DNA of 20,000 nt from Microthyrium microscopicum (lineage: Eukaryota). Every line of letters starts with the position of its first letter. The stretch's first letter is position 1. The stretch covers positions 965,140-985,139 of the forward strand of contig MU004241.1 of the NCBI GenBank assembly GCA_010405405.1, given 5' to 3'. Position numbers and translations under genes: made by a program. Shown piece by piece: positions 1 to 11,129 of this stretch. The notes under the pieces are model-generated. The model did not search any database. It was not told where the DNA came from and saw nothing but the letters and a program-made list of their open reading frames with translations.

Positions 1-200
1 ATGGTGTTCATGTAGATGGGTTCATGCAGCCTGTCACTGCTGTCCGCGGTTTTCGGATTAGGAAAGAGAGACAACGGCAGGGAAAATGGCCTGGTAGCTC
101 TGAGAATGAGCAATCTGGCAGTCCTGATGCCGTGGCGGATTTGTAGGACGAGTGGTGACGTTCTTTGTACGACGGAATTCAAGGGAGATTTTGGAAGCAT
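1..200 (-). CDS. Possible 5' end of a gene running off the left edge (MLPKSPLNSVVQRTSPLVLQIRHGIRTARLLILRATRPFSL...)
   Basis: ATG at 200-198 with 66 open codons to the window edge. The N-terminus is R/S/L-rich and lacks acidic residues. A TATAAAA lies on the - strand at about 382-388. No recognisable domain. Confidence 0.2.
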   Translation of the reverse strand, partial: MLPKSPLNSVVQRTSPLVLQIRHGIRTARLLILRATRPFSLPLSLFPNPKTADSSDRLHEPIYMNT

Positions 201-2033
201 TCCATGAGGTCAATTGTGGTTAATTGTAACGTCATGATTGGAAAGACGATGCAGATCCCAAGGTACACACCTGGAGCCTACACATTTAGCAATCGTATAA
301 GAAAACATATTTCGCTGATGTTGGGCATTAAGCGAGTGGCACGAGTGGTTATAGGGCAAGGGCCAAAGCGCGCGAACAGCTTTTTATATTGATGATTGCC
401 AGCTGCATTTTGATAGTGACCTGAGCCGCGTAGTGGAAATAGGAGAGGGAAATCTATAATCTAGCCGCTTTAGTCGACGATTAGGCGATTGCAGTCCAGA
501 GATGCCAAGAAGTGCTTTTTTTTGGTGGAGAAGACGCTCACTGGCTGCAGCAAAATGCAAAGAAATGTTGTTGCGCGGCCAATAACCAGCAGAGTTGACG
601 CCCACATTGACCACATGCATGCAAATAGTTCGGAAGAACTAATGTAAGGTACTGTGCAAGGTACCGTGAACCAGTTTGCAGATTTCAATTGTTGAGACTC
701 GAGAGTCGAGATGGCAATGTCTGAAATATGAATAAATCCGGGGCATTGTTCTTTGTCTTTCAACATTTCGGATCCCCGAATCTCACACCCCGAAAGAAGG
801 AGGTCGTTATCTTTCACAAAACTTTACGGCTGAGACTATGATTGATATGCACTTTTCTAGGCTGTTATTGGCCACAATGAGATGAGATATCTGTGGCGGA
901 CACTCCTCGAGGCCATGTGCCAGCTAATTTTTGGGATTATGGGCCCAAAATTGACCATGCAATCTTCAGGTGGATCGCTGCAAATAATGCAGGTTCACTG
1001 CATGATGGATTGATGGACAACTTGACCTTTGGACCTGCATGATCATTGATGCAGCTAATAGGATCCCGCTCCTCTTATCCAGCCTTATGGACCGTAGAGA
1101 CAATTTCAGTGCTCAGTAGCATTGGATGACAAGCCTCTTAATTTGAAGGATACAACACTCCAGATGATAATGCCAGGCTTTGTGACTCGACGGATTACTG
1201 AAGGCCCCGCTCAAGCTGTCAGCAGGATCTGGTGTCATAATAATCTCAATGATATTAAATTGTTTCCAGGGTTTGACATTTGACGTTGCGTCTGACCCCT
1301 GCCTGGTTCAACAATGCATCACTCTCCAGAGGTACGATACCTGATTTTTCTGCCACGTCCTACGTGCTACAGATTGATCAAAAGACGGATATCTCGGCGG
1401 ATAGAACACAGGTGTTGAAGGCATGTTCAATTGGATAATTTGCTTGTTCGCGTGAGCGCCGAGCGGCCTGGCCGTGGTTAAGCAACGGGCTAGGCGCGCC
1501 ATCAGTGCACCGTTCTCCCGCTGTGACCAACAGTAGCCAGCCGAGCAAGACAAGCGATAGCTAGCGGATTCTAGAGGGAAAGCAAACGGCAAACCCGCTC
1601 TGAAATCCGGTGGATGCCCAGTAATAATCGGCGGCTCTGGGTCGCTGGGCCGGAGAGTGCAGAGTGCAGAAGACAACAATCAGCAGGTCATCTAAAGACT
1701 AAGAGACATGGCCCTTTTTGGAACGACCTTATCATCATCACCGTTCAAGCACTGCCCTGTCCATTTTTCCATTCCTTCCCTTCCCAAACTTTCCCTTTCC
1801 CCAGTCACTCCTTCCTTTGGATCCTGCCCTCTGCTTGGATCGTCCTTTCCTTACACTGCACACTTCTTTATTCGCGACTTCTTCCTTACTTCACTCTACT
1901 CCTTCCCCATTCTCTCTTCAAATATACCATCATCGCGCCTTCCGCAAGATCAACTCTCCGTCTTCACAGCACCCCCTCTCGCAAATCCACCTAATAAACT
2001 TTTTCCAAAAAGAATCTCAGCCTTACCTACAAA

Positions 2034-2821
2034 ATGCGCTTCTTCACTCTCGCCATCTCAGCGGTGTCGCTACTCGCCGGCTATGTCGCCGCAGAAAACA
2101 ACCCTATCATCTTCCCCGGCCAAGGCGCGGCCATCCAAGCCGGCACCGCGGTTGAAATCAAATGGACTCCAACAACCACCGGCCCAGTAACTCTAACTCT
2201 GCGATTCGGCAGCTCAGCCAACCTCGCAACTGGCGCTCCCATTGCTGGTAAGTTTTCCCCAGTTATCCCCAATGCCGTAGCTCTCTCGGCCCTGTCCCTG
2301 CCCACGCGAAAGCAGTCACACGACATCTACGGAAACCGCAGCCGCCATCCCAGGGCGAAAACAGCACGAAACACAACACCCGCAATCGTGCAAGAAAACC
2401 ACACTGACATGTCCTTTTAGGCTCCGTCCCCAACTCGGGAACCTTCACATGGAACGTGCCGAGCGACATTGGCTCTGGTACCTGGTCCATTGCCATTACT
2501 GGCGGCAGTGATACCAACTACTCGCCCTTCTTCACTGTTACTGGTGGCACCGGCACCCAGGGTGCTTATGGCAAGACCTCGACCACCACCACCGTCTCGT
2601 CCACATCTACCACCAGCAGCGGCACCACTACCTCCAAGTCCTCCAGCGCATCAACCACAGATGCTTCATCTACGTCCTCAAAGTCTTCCACAGGCACTGC
2701 GTCGCCAGCATCAACGACTTCAAGCAAGAGTAGCTCGGTACCCAGCTCGGGCGCGTCGCTGCAGATGGGAGGCAACGTCGCCGCAGCTATAGGCTTAGGC
2801 GCATTCGCTATTCTCGTGTAA
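2034..2821 (+). CDS. Secreted Ser/Thr-rich GPI-anchored cell-wall/membrane protein (Kre9/Knh1-like N-terminal domain), 204 aa; exons 2034-2247 and 2421-2821
   Basis: Signal peptide MRFFTLAISAVSLLAGYVAA. Domain motifs NPIIFP..IKWTP..VTLTL..NSGTFTW..YSPFF, then a Ser/Thr-rich stalk and a hydrophobic C-terminal GPI-type tail (SGA...VAAAIGLGAFAILV). Intron 2248-2420 (GTAAGT...CTGAC...TAG) joins the two ORF-track fragments in frame, 615 nt total. Confidence 0.9.
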
Positions 2822-3458
2822 AATCGGGCCTTAGCGTTGCGTATGTGCGCTGCTTCAGCTTGCGTGCGTTGTTTTTTCTGCCAATTGACACGGTCGTCAT
2901 TCTTTTTTCCGGGGTTCGTACCAAGCCATTGTTATTGCATGCTAGGTGTGTTGGTTTCGCATAGTCAGTCGATAGAGGAAGAGATATTCTCCATCCTTGT
3001 TAGTCTCGTTATTTTCAGAGAGCAGAGAAGCACCGGATTTCTATTCCTGGGCAATGGGAAGGGATGTTTTGTCTGGGTTGAATGTGTATTTTTACCGTGG
3101 TACCACCTTGATCGGGTGTGTATGCCTGGCAAAATCAGCCGTGGCAGGATGGAATGTTTGGAGTAGTTTTCGCTAAACTGTTGTAATGGAATCTGTAACA
3201 CCCTTGACTGTCGTCTTTCCTCGCGTATGTGCGGCATTTTTGTTCTGGGTGCAGCTGAGGAATGTAGAGGCCAATGCCAGCGTTTCTGCAGCACACCACT
3301 ACACGAGGCAATATTGGAAGAAAATGCATGTGTACGAGAATATTGCCAGCTACTTAAGGAACCGGGCGACGTTCAGCTTAAGTTTCTTCACAGACCTCGT
3401 ATTCACAGCTGATGATCCAAGAAGTTACGCGTTTTTTGAAACGAAACCAACGGCCCGT

Positions 3459-6130
3459 TAGTGATGCAGCCCTGGGGTAAGTTGTACACCGTTAATCCGC
3501 TAAGACCTGAGCATCTAATTAGAGGGCTAGAATCCCGCTCACCCAAAATCATCAATTATCTAAAGATATAATAACTTTATAATTACTTAACTAAATATAA
3601 TATTTTTAGTGTTGTTTTAAAGGTTAAAACCTATATTAGAATTATTTATATCTCTTTACAACTTTTGAATATAATCTATAGCGTTATCTATAGCTTACTA
3701 AGTTAATTCTTTAACTTTATAGGCTTTAAGCGTATTCTTTAGTATATCTAACCCTTCTTTATTACTTACGTCTAGCTTTATTAAATTAGATTGCTAGCGC
3801 TTATAAAATAGATTATTAAGAACGTCTTCTTCATTAGTATTAAATATATACTAATAGATAGGTCTAAATAAATTACCTTTAACATAATAGGCCCTAGATT
3901 ATACTATAAGTTAATTAAGCTTTTTACTATTTATATAGCTAAAAACTAATATATTTATATGCTTTATAGTTAGTTATGTATAATAAGGATTTTAGACCTA
4001 ATTAATTACTAAAAACGATCTTTCTAAGGATATAGAATTAGTTATTATTTTAAATAGTCTAATAGCGACCTTAGATAATATTAGACTAGCTATTTAAAGA
4101 CATTCCTAGAAATGTAGTAGTTATTAGTAAGTCTACGTTTTAGCTTAATTATTAGATATTGTAAAAGCGTCCTATTAGTTTCTAAAAGCTTTAAAGGTAA
4201 AGTAGATATTATTAACTACATTTTGGGCCTTCTTTTGATTATCTTTTAATATAAAATTACGAGCCTTAAAGCGTTTATTAAGGGCTTAAAGATAGGCTAA
4301 ATATCTCTTTAGAGATAGCGATTTAGTAAGATTTATAGTAGTAGGATCTAGTAAGTATACTAGGTAGTTATTATTAGTAATCTATTCGTTATAGCATTTA
4401 TCTTAAAGTTAAAGTAGTTCTTATTAAATACTATAGATTCTAGGGATCTTTAGGTATTCTATAGTAAGTATTAACTAGCTTGCTCTAACCTTCTTCTAGC
4501 CTTTAATTACTACGCCTAAATAGTGTTTTAGGCCCTTAGATTCTTTTTGTACTATATAAAGAGGCTTATAAATCCGTTAAAGAAACTTTACGTCATGCTA
4601 AAACTATAAGCTCTTTATAAGACTAAAAAGAGGTCTATTTTTAGCTCACGTCGCTATAGTATCTTCTAGTATCTTTGTATAATAAGTAAAAGCTTTAAAT
4701 GCTACTTTACTACATATAAGTAATTAAATTATACTATACTAAGACTTCTAGCAAGTAATAACTAATAATCTAATACTATAGGTCTTACTTATAAGCTTTT
4801 AACGTTAAAACTTACGGAGTTATCTAAAATATAGCTTCTATATCCTAAACTAGACTATAAGCTTAGTAATCTTTGCTAAAATAGCTTCTAGAGTAGGAAT
4901 TTACTCTAAAATGTTTTTTATAAGAAGCTAAAGACCATGAGAATCATAAAGAATAAAAGAACATTTCTTAAAAGCTTCTTAAGGGTATTTTTAAAGTATA
5001 TTTACAATATAACGTATAGTAGTATACGTATTAAAGCTAATTAAATTAACGCATAAGAGATCTTTATTAGTCTACTTCTCTAGGGCATATAATAGATGTA
5101 TTATTAACACTAAAGCTATAGTATATTTTCTACCTAAATTAACGACTTTAAGATAGAAAGAACTAAGTAATAGTACTATAACATAAAAATTAGTTATTTA
5201 TTAACCCACGCAATTAGTACTCTCGTCTAATAAGAAGTTTAAGAAAGGTTAGTTCTTAAACACTATTTAAAGCTTTATAAGATTATCGTTATAGATATCT
5301 TTAATAAGATCTAGTATTTAGCTTCTCTATAGAGATAAATAAGTAGGAATATTTATTAATCTAGCACTTTCTACTTTATATATAAAAGTTGTAGGATAAT
5401 ATATTCTATTATAGCTATTTAATAAAAGAGCCTCTTAAATAACTCTCTTTATATAATGTCTATTTTATTAAATTCGCTATTAAGTATATAAAGTTACTAT
5501 AGAAGATTAAATTACTATAAGCGTAGCTTAGACTATAAGAAGATAGTTTTTTAAGTAAGTATATTCTTTAAATTAATTTAGATTAAGACATAACTAATAA
5601 TTATAATAACGATAGGAATATTAATTAGCTTTAAAGGCAGTGTCCTTTAGTAGTAATATCTAGTATTGTAGAATATCTACTTGCTATTATAAAGTTTAAT
5701 TTAGCTTCCTAGAATGTATTATAATAAAAAACGACGAAAAAATCATTAAAAGAATATTATATTTCTAAAGATAAATAGAATTTACAAATATACTTTAGAT
5801 TATAAAATTATTTATACTATTATATAGAGTAGAATAAGATAAATACGTAAATGTTAAAAAAATTTCATTTTAGGACCTAAATGCTATTATAATTGTCTAG
5901 TAATCTTAATACTAATCTTTATAAAGTTATTATAGTATAAAAGGAGGTATAAAGATTAGGACTAAAAGAATGCTAACCCTAATAAAGCTATAAAGATGCT
6001 AAATATATTACGTATCCTTTTATTATACTAATTATATTAGTTACTCTACGCGGATCTGGTATACCTGTATTTTAACGCGGTGTACCGTCGATCGTTGTAC
6101 ACGGATTAAGTGCCTTAATCTGCATCACTA
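3459..6130 (-). mobile_element. Full-length hAT-superfamily DNA transposon (2672 bp), RIP-inactivated
   Basis: Perfect 11-bp TIR TAGTGATGCAG (3459-3469) / CTGCATCACTA (6120-6130). 8-bp TSD CGGCCCGT at 3451-3458 and 6131-6138. The interior is very AT- and TpA-rich and carries hAT transposase motifs. Confidence 0.95.
3700..5900 (-). pseudogene. hAT transposase relic (ends approximate)
   Basis: One - strand frame holds: FLNFLLDESTN (first catalytic D, 5227); (C)DSHGL(Q)LLIK(D)I, the CxxH motif (~4911-4950); VIT(R)(W) (~4748-4762); YLLDP (~4343-4357); and RLF...NS...(S)ERSF(S), the catalytic E/dimerisation motif (~4010-4060). Residues in parentheses need C>T/G>A reversal. Many TAA/TAG stops. Confidence 0.9.
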
Positions 6131-6985
6131 CGGCCCGTTCAGGCTTCAGCCGCAGATGATCTTTTTCGTTGAACAGTCGCCATTGCATCTGAAACAACTC
6201 CACAATAAAGAATACAGAATCGTTCGAGTTTGGCACGCTAAAAACAATCCAGCAGAAGCGTTGCTGTCAGACAGGGAAGGGCCGCGCGGAAGCATGCATG
6301 TTCTACCTCAGCCGCAGATGCTTCATTCATCCTTGGGAATACGAGGATAGCTCGAAGAGTGATGTGATTTGGTAGTACTACTATGTGCTGCGCCTGTAGA
6401 CGAGCGCGACAGGTTATCCAAATATTAATTGGTCATTTTAAGAGAGTGGGTGAGCATGAGGGATCATCCTGTCAAGGCGAGTGGATGCTGTCAAGGCAGA
6501 TGATTCGATATGACGGTTGGTTTTGGAAAGGGAAGGAATCATGGTCTAATACAAAATCTTCCGCTTGATCGTAGGACTTGATTGACGAATTGGAAGAAAT
6601 GGTCTTTGAAGGATTTACAGGAATTCTGGGGTTGATATTGCTCTGAATGAGCCTCTTTTTCCACGGGAGTTATGGGCAACTCCATGTCAGTCGGTTCGGA
6701 AAATACTTTGAGAACCTAGTTGGGTCCGAGGGACTTACCCAGGTAGGTAATTGCGACTAGACAAGTAAAGATTTGATATCAAGATATTATAGCATCGGTA
6801 GCAAAGCGCGGACAAGATCACAGTTTTATCAGTAGACAGGTTTCCAACAAGCTGTGATTAACTAAAGCTAATGATATGGTATCGTACGCAATGCTGAAAA
6901 TATCCAAAACTTTTCAGGTCTAGTACTGACCATAACACGCCAACCATTCGTCATCAATTCGTCTGCTTTGCGTAGAAAGGCGCCA

Positions 6986-8544
6986 TTACTCTATCGCAAC
7001 ATCATTGTCGTCCTCAGCGCGATAATGCTCCGCGACAAGGAAAGCCAACTCTAGTGCTTGCTTTTCGTTCAGTCGTGGATCGCAGTAGGTGGTATAGTTG
7101 AGGCTGAGATCTTCCTCTTCTAGACCTTCACTGCCACCGACACATTCTGTCACTGCCTCTCCAGTGAGTTCGAGATGCATGCCGCCTAGATACGAATCAT
7201 GCAGCTTGTGAATGCGCAAAGCTGAAGCAAGCTCCTTGAAGATGGCAGCGAAAGAGCGAGTTTTCACTCCCGTAGACGTCGAATGAGTGTTACTAAAGAA
7301 CATCAGTAGGGAGAACGGGTTAAGCAATCGAATGACTTACCCGTGCATTGGATCACACTGCCAGACAACGATATGCCCACTGGCTTTGACGGCATCGATA
7401 TGTGCGCCAAGTTTGTCTTCGACCTTGCCCGCGCCATATCTTGTGATGAGGGTGACCTTTCCAATCTCTTTCTTTGGATTGACGATATCAAGCAACTCTA
7501 CAAGCTCCGAATTCTCCATGGTCGGGCCAACCTTAATACCAATAGGATTTTCCAATCCACGGAAGAACTCAACATGCCCACCATTCAACTGTCTCGTCCG
7601 ATCGCCAATCCAAAGAAAGTGCGCCGACGTTGAGTAATACCCAAACGCCTCATCATCATCCAAATCATCCACCAGCCCATTCGCCGTCATCCGCACCCGC
7701 GAAGGTCGTCTCCGCGATGGGAAACCAGCAGGTTTCCGCAACCGTCGAACCAGCGCCTCCTCATACTCCAACACCAAACCCTCATGACTCGAGAACAAAT
7801 CCACCGTCTTCAACTGTCCAGCCGTATCCGCACCAATCGTCCGCATGAAGCGTAGCGAATCGCGAATACTATCCACGATCCGTCCATACTTCACCTGCAG
7901 ATCCGGATCACGTACATGCCCCAGTCCCCAATCCATCGGACTATGTAGATCCGCAATGCCACTAGCCAATTGCGCACGCACATAATTCATCGTCGCTGCA
8001 GAATGCATATACGCATCCCTCAACCTATTCGGATCCAGCGCGCGCTCATGCACCTCATACCCATTCAGAATATCTCCACGAAAGCTAGGCGCAGTGGTGC
8101 CGTCAGGTAGCGTTTCCGTAGGGCTACTGCGCGGTTTCGCGTACTGTCCGGCCATGCGCGCAATACGCACGACGGGTTTGTTGGCGCCCCAAATGAGCAC
8201 TAAACTCATCTGTAGAAGGAGTTTGATCTTGGCGTCAATGGGTCCGGCTTCGCAGTAGGAGAAGAGTTCGGCGCAGTCGCCGCCTTGGAGGAGGAAGGCG
8301 GAGCCTTGGGCGACATCGCGGAGGGCGTTGCGGAGGGTTTGGATTTCGGTGGGTGTGACGATTGGAGGGAGGGAGCGCAGGTTTGTGAGGACGGAGTTGA
8401 GAGCGGTAGGATCAGGATAATCGACGGCTTGTTTGATGGGCTTGGTGCGCCAGGCTGGATGTTAGGTTAGGAGTGCGAGGGGTGTTTGTAAAGGTCAATG
8501 GTCTTACAGGTTGGACTCCATTGAGAGTTGGCGGCTGCAGGCAT
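6986..8544 (-). CDS. aro-8: Class II DAHP synthase (3-deoxy-7-phosphoheptulonate synthase), 485 aa; exons 8544-8508, 8454-7341, 7292-6986
   Basis: Spliced product begins MPAAANSQWSPTSWRTKPIKQ and contains LLQGGDCAE, RIARMAGQYAKPRS, SAHFLWIGDRTRQ, NPIGIKVGP, CDPMHGNT, GGMHLELTG..VTECVGG and YTTYCDPRLN. Introns 8507-8455 (53 nt, GTAAGA..CTAAC..CAG) and 7340-7293 (48 nt, GTAAGT..CTGAT..TAG). Total 1458 nt in frame. The symbol follows the Neurospora class II enzyme. Confidence 0.96.
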
Positions 8545-8686
8545 GGCGATGATACTAGTTTTGTATGCAGTGCGCTATCTATGAATGTATAATGGCGGTT
8601 GGAAGAAGCTCTACTGCTCAATAGCGATTTTTAAGAACAAAGAACAATGAGCGGCGAGTTATGAACTAAATAGTCACACAATGTCG

Positions 8687-8693
8687 TGAGTCA
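8687..8693. promoter_or_regulatory. Gcn4/CPC-1/CpcA (cross-pathway control) site TGAGTCA in the divergent DAHP synthase/HYPK promoter
   Basis: GTGAGTCAC at 8686-8694, about 143 bp upstream of the DAHP synthase ATG. A variant TGAGTAA lies at 8708-8714. Confidence 0.6.
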
Positions 8694-8917
8694 CAAAGAA
8701 AGGGTACTGAGTAACTTAGGTAAAATAATTCATTTTTATAGAGCACTTGAGGCGTCGAGTACCCACGCCCTTCATTAAGGTACAGGAGCTCGAGCCTCAT
8801 CCGTCCATTGCTTTACTGCCATTGGTCCATCTGCCTAAGCTACAATTCCACCCCACATTTCCATCTTCAATTTTTAGACTTCATTTCTTCCCATTACAAA
8901 CTTCCACGAAACACATC

Positions 8918-9337
8918 ATGGCATCCGAACCCCAGCCATCCACCGTCCATGAGGGCGCAGACAATGAAGATGCTCCAGTACCAACCAATGCCGAAGACCG
9001 CAAGACCGCGGCGGCCATGTCCAACCTGGAAGGACGGGGCGATGAAGACGACAGCCGAAACGGGAAGCATGTCGATGCCGAGGCATTAGGCAAGGCTATG
9101 CAATCTCTTAGTGTTGAGAGCGGAGCGGACAAAGCTGCGGAAAAAAAGGTCAAGGTCGAGGCTGTGGATGTCTCGTTACTGGTATGAAGCTCTATTTTAT
9201 TATACTGTGTGGTAGATTCTAATATGATATAGGTTGAGCAATTGGAACTCTCGAAGATAAAAGCAACAGAACTACTCAAAGCGCATGAGGGAGATGCTGT
9301 AAAAGCTATGACTGCTTTTGTCATGGCAGCTGTATGA
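8918..9337 (+). CDS. HYPK-like (huntingtin-interacting protein K / NatA-associated) protein with a C-terminal UBA-like domain, 122 aa; exons 8918-9181 and 9233-9337
   Basis: MASEPQPSTVHEGAD...AEDRKTAAAMSNLE...KKVKVEAVDVSLL|VEQLELSKIKATELLKAHEGDAVKAMTAFV. Intron 9182-9232 (GTATGA..CTAAT..TAG), phase 0. Confidence 0.88.
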
Positions 9338-9866
9338 TAGATTCGATGTAAAAAATCCATGTACACCTTTCAGGATATCGCCGTTGTTACGGCCCCTATC
9401 TCGAGGTGCGTTCTATATCCAAGTTGATTCAAATACAGCCTCTGTAGTATTTGTTCATTGTGCTAAATGCAGTCAGTCAGCAGACATGTTACACGTCCTC
9501 AAGGGAATCGTGCCATTCCTGGAACGGATTTACGTCTCGCTATGTCGAATTCATAGACCACATCAAGTCACAAAGAGAGATAATTTTTGGTTAAGATTAC
9601 TTTGATTTATTTTTTAAACTTGGGGTGAACCCCTTTTAGTTTTTACTATTATACCGGGGAGAGAATGACCATTCTACTGTAGAGGGGACCCATCCTCTGC
9701 CTTAGCCAAACCGATTATACCAATTCACTCTTACAAATGGAAAGATTAACGACCAAACTTCACCGCTTATACCAATTTGCGCTTATGAATGAAAAGTGTA
9801 ACGACCGGAATTTTACCTGATGACCCACCCGGCGGACGACAGTCGCCACCACCACCACGAGAAGTC

Positions 9867-11129
9867 CTACGCTGCCCGTCTAGAAATGATAGAACCGCAC
9901 GAAGGACAGTGGTTGAGATCACTGAACGCATCCTCACCCTGATCTTCCCACCCTGACCAACAGTCGTGGCAAAGCTCACACTTCATTGCGCACAAGTAGC
10001 GATGTTTCGATCGGGTTTCTCGCCAAACCTTTTGATCGCAAATTGCGCACCGGAGGGTGTAGATGCGGGTTATCATGTGCTGGGATTGTGGGTTGCGGAT
10101 ACGATTGAAGCCTCCGCCGTTTTGACGATACCGACGTCCCTCTGTCTCCAACCCCTGTGTTAAACGTCGCCCATCGTTGGCTGCGGCAGGGCCTTTGCCT
10201 CGTGGACGAGGTTTTATGCCACCGGTGTAAATGGTAGAGGGGATGCCGTAATCCTCTGGACGACGGGGGATGGAGATGTTGCCGCCGTCTGGTCGAGCGT
10301 AGCCTTGGTTGAGACGGTTGTTGTGGGTTTGCTCTCGCTGAAGTCGCTCGGCGGCGGTTTCACGAGGGGCGGGCTGTGGGGATGCTGAACGAAGACGAAT
10401 GCGACGAGTGCGGATCGCAAGATTCGAAACGCTGAATGTTGAACGGGACTTTTGAGGAATGGGTGGGTTTGTGTCTGTTACAGACATAACGGGGCCCGTT
10501 GGACGCGAGCTCGATCCATCCATTAGGGAAGGAGGAGATGGCGTAGTTGGTGCATCCGGCATCTCAATGTCCTCCTGGTTGATTTTGGCTGTGCTATTTT
10601 GCATTACTCGGAGTTCATCCAATGAAGGAACCGGCAATCCGACTGGGCCTTGAAGGTTTTTGTGGTCCATTCCTCGACGGCGGAAATGCTGGCGGATCAC
10701 TTGCCACTGTTGCAAAGGTGTGCGGCCTGGGCAGTGCACTTGAATTCGCACAAAGATACCAAGCTTCTCGCGCTCAGCTTCGGTAGAAAGTGGATCGTCC
10801 TGGGCTGGGATGAGTTGACGAGCTGTCCATAGTGGAATGTAGTCGCCGGGCCATGAATCGCTGAACGCTTGCATAGTGACTGGGCAAGGACGACAGCGCA
10901 TGACTTGCTGGACTGTGGGTGCTGTGGTAGCAGAAGGACGGTTGTTGAGATGAAGGGCAAGGACACCGACAGCTTTACGACATGCATAGCAACGGCAGAA
11001 CATGTACATGCTGGGTTGTACTGGCTGATTGCTTGGGCCGGGAGAGCCGTCAGCGAAAGGATTGAAATCGGACATTGTGAAGTTGTACAAGCTATGCTTG
11101 GTTTTGGGGGGTTTAGGATTAAACTCCAT
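9867..11129 (-). CDS. Hypothetical 420-aa protein with an N-terminal Cys cluster and a C-terminal 8-Cys RING-like motif
   Basis: Long intronless ORF with a Pro/Ser/Arg-rich middle. The C-terminus has C-x2-C-x15-C-x3-C-x2-C-x2-C(W)-x17-C-x2-C. The start may be the downstream Met (MSDFNPF). Confidence 0.7.
   Translation of the reverse strand: MEFNPKPPKTKHSLYNFTMSDFNPFADGSPGPSNQPVQPSMYMFCRCYACRKAVGVLALHLNNRPSATTAPTVQQVMRCRPCPVTMQAFSDSWPGDYIPLWTARQLIPAQDDPLSTEAEREKLGIFVRIQVHCPGRTPLQQWQVIRQHFRRRGMDHKNLQGPVGLPVPSLDELRVMQNSTAKINQEDIEMPDAPTTPSPPSLMDGSSSRPTGPVMSVTDTNPPIPQKSRSTFSVSNLAIRTRRIRLRSASPQPAPRETAAERLQREQTHNNRLNQGYARPDGGNISIPRRPEDYGIPSTIYTGGIKPRPRGKGPAAANDGRRLTQGLETEGRRYRQNGGGFNRIRNPQSQHMITRIYTLRCAICDQKVWRETRSKHRYLCAMKCELCHDCWSGWEDQGEDAFSDLNHCPSCGSIISRRAA

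Noticed and set aside
115..126. CTGGCAGTCCTG identical to 17189-17200 in the nested element
   Set aside because: An isolated 12-bp match is expected by chance in 20 kb and does not extend.
384..817. - strand ORFs 384-620 and 470-817, one with an ankyrin-like 'SLHFAAA'
   Set aside because: Single short resemblance with no repeat periodicity or convincing splice structure. Treated as intergenic.
1614..2190. Three overlapping + ORFs upstream of the GPI gene
   Set aside because: They arise from a stop-poor, CT-rich promoter/5' UTR tract and show no protein-like features.
9867..9869. TAG stop of the 420-aa ORF as a possible readthrough or A-to-I editing site
   Set aside because: Readthrough adds only about 18 uninformative residues before a TAA, so there is no support.
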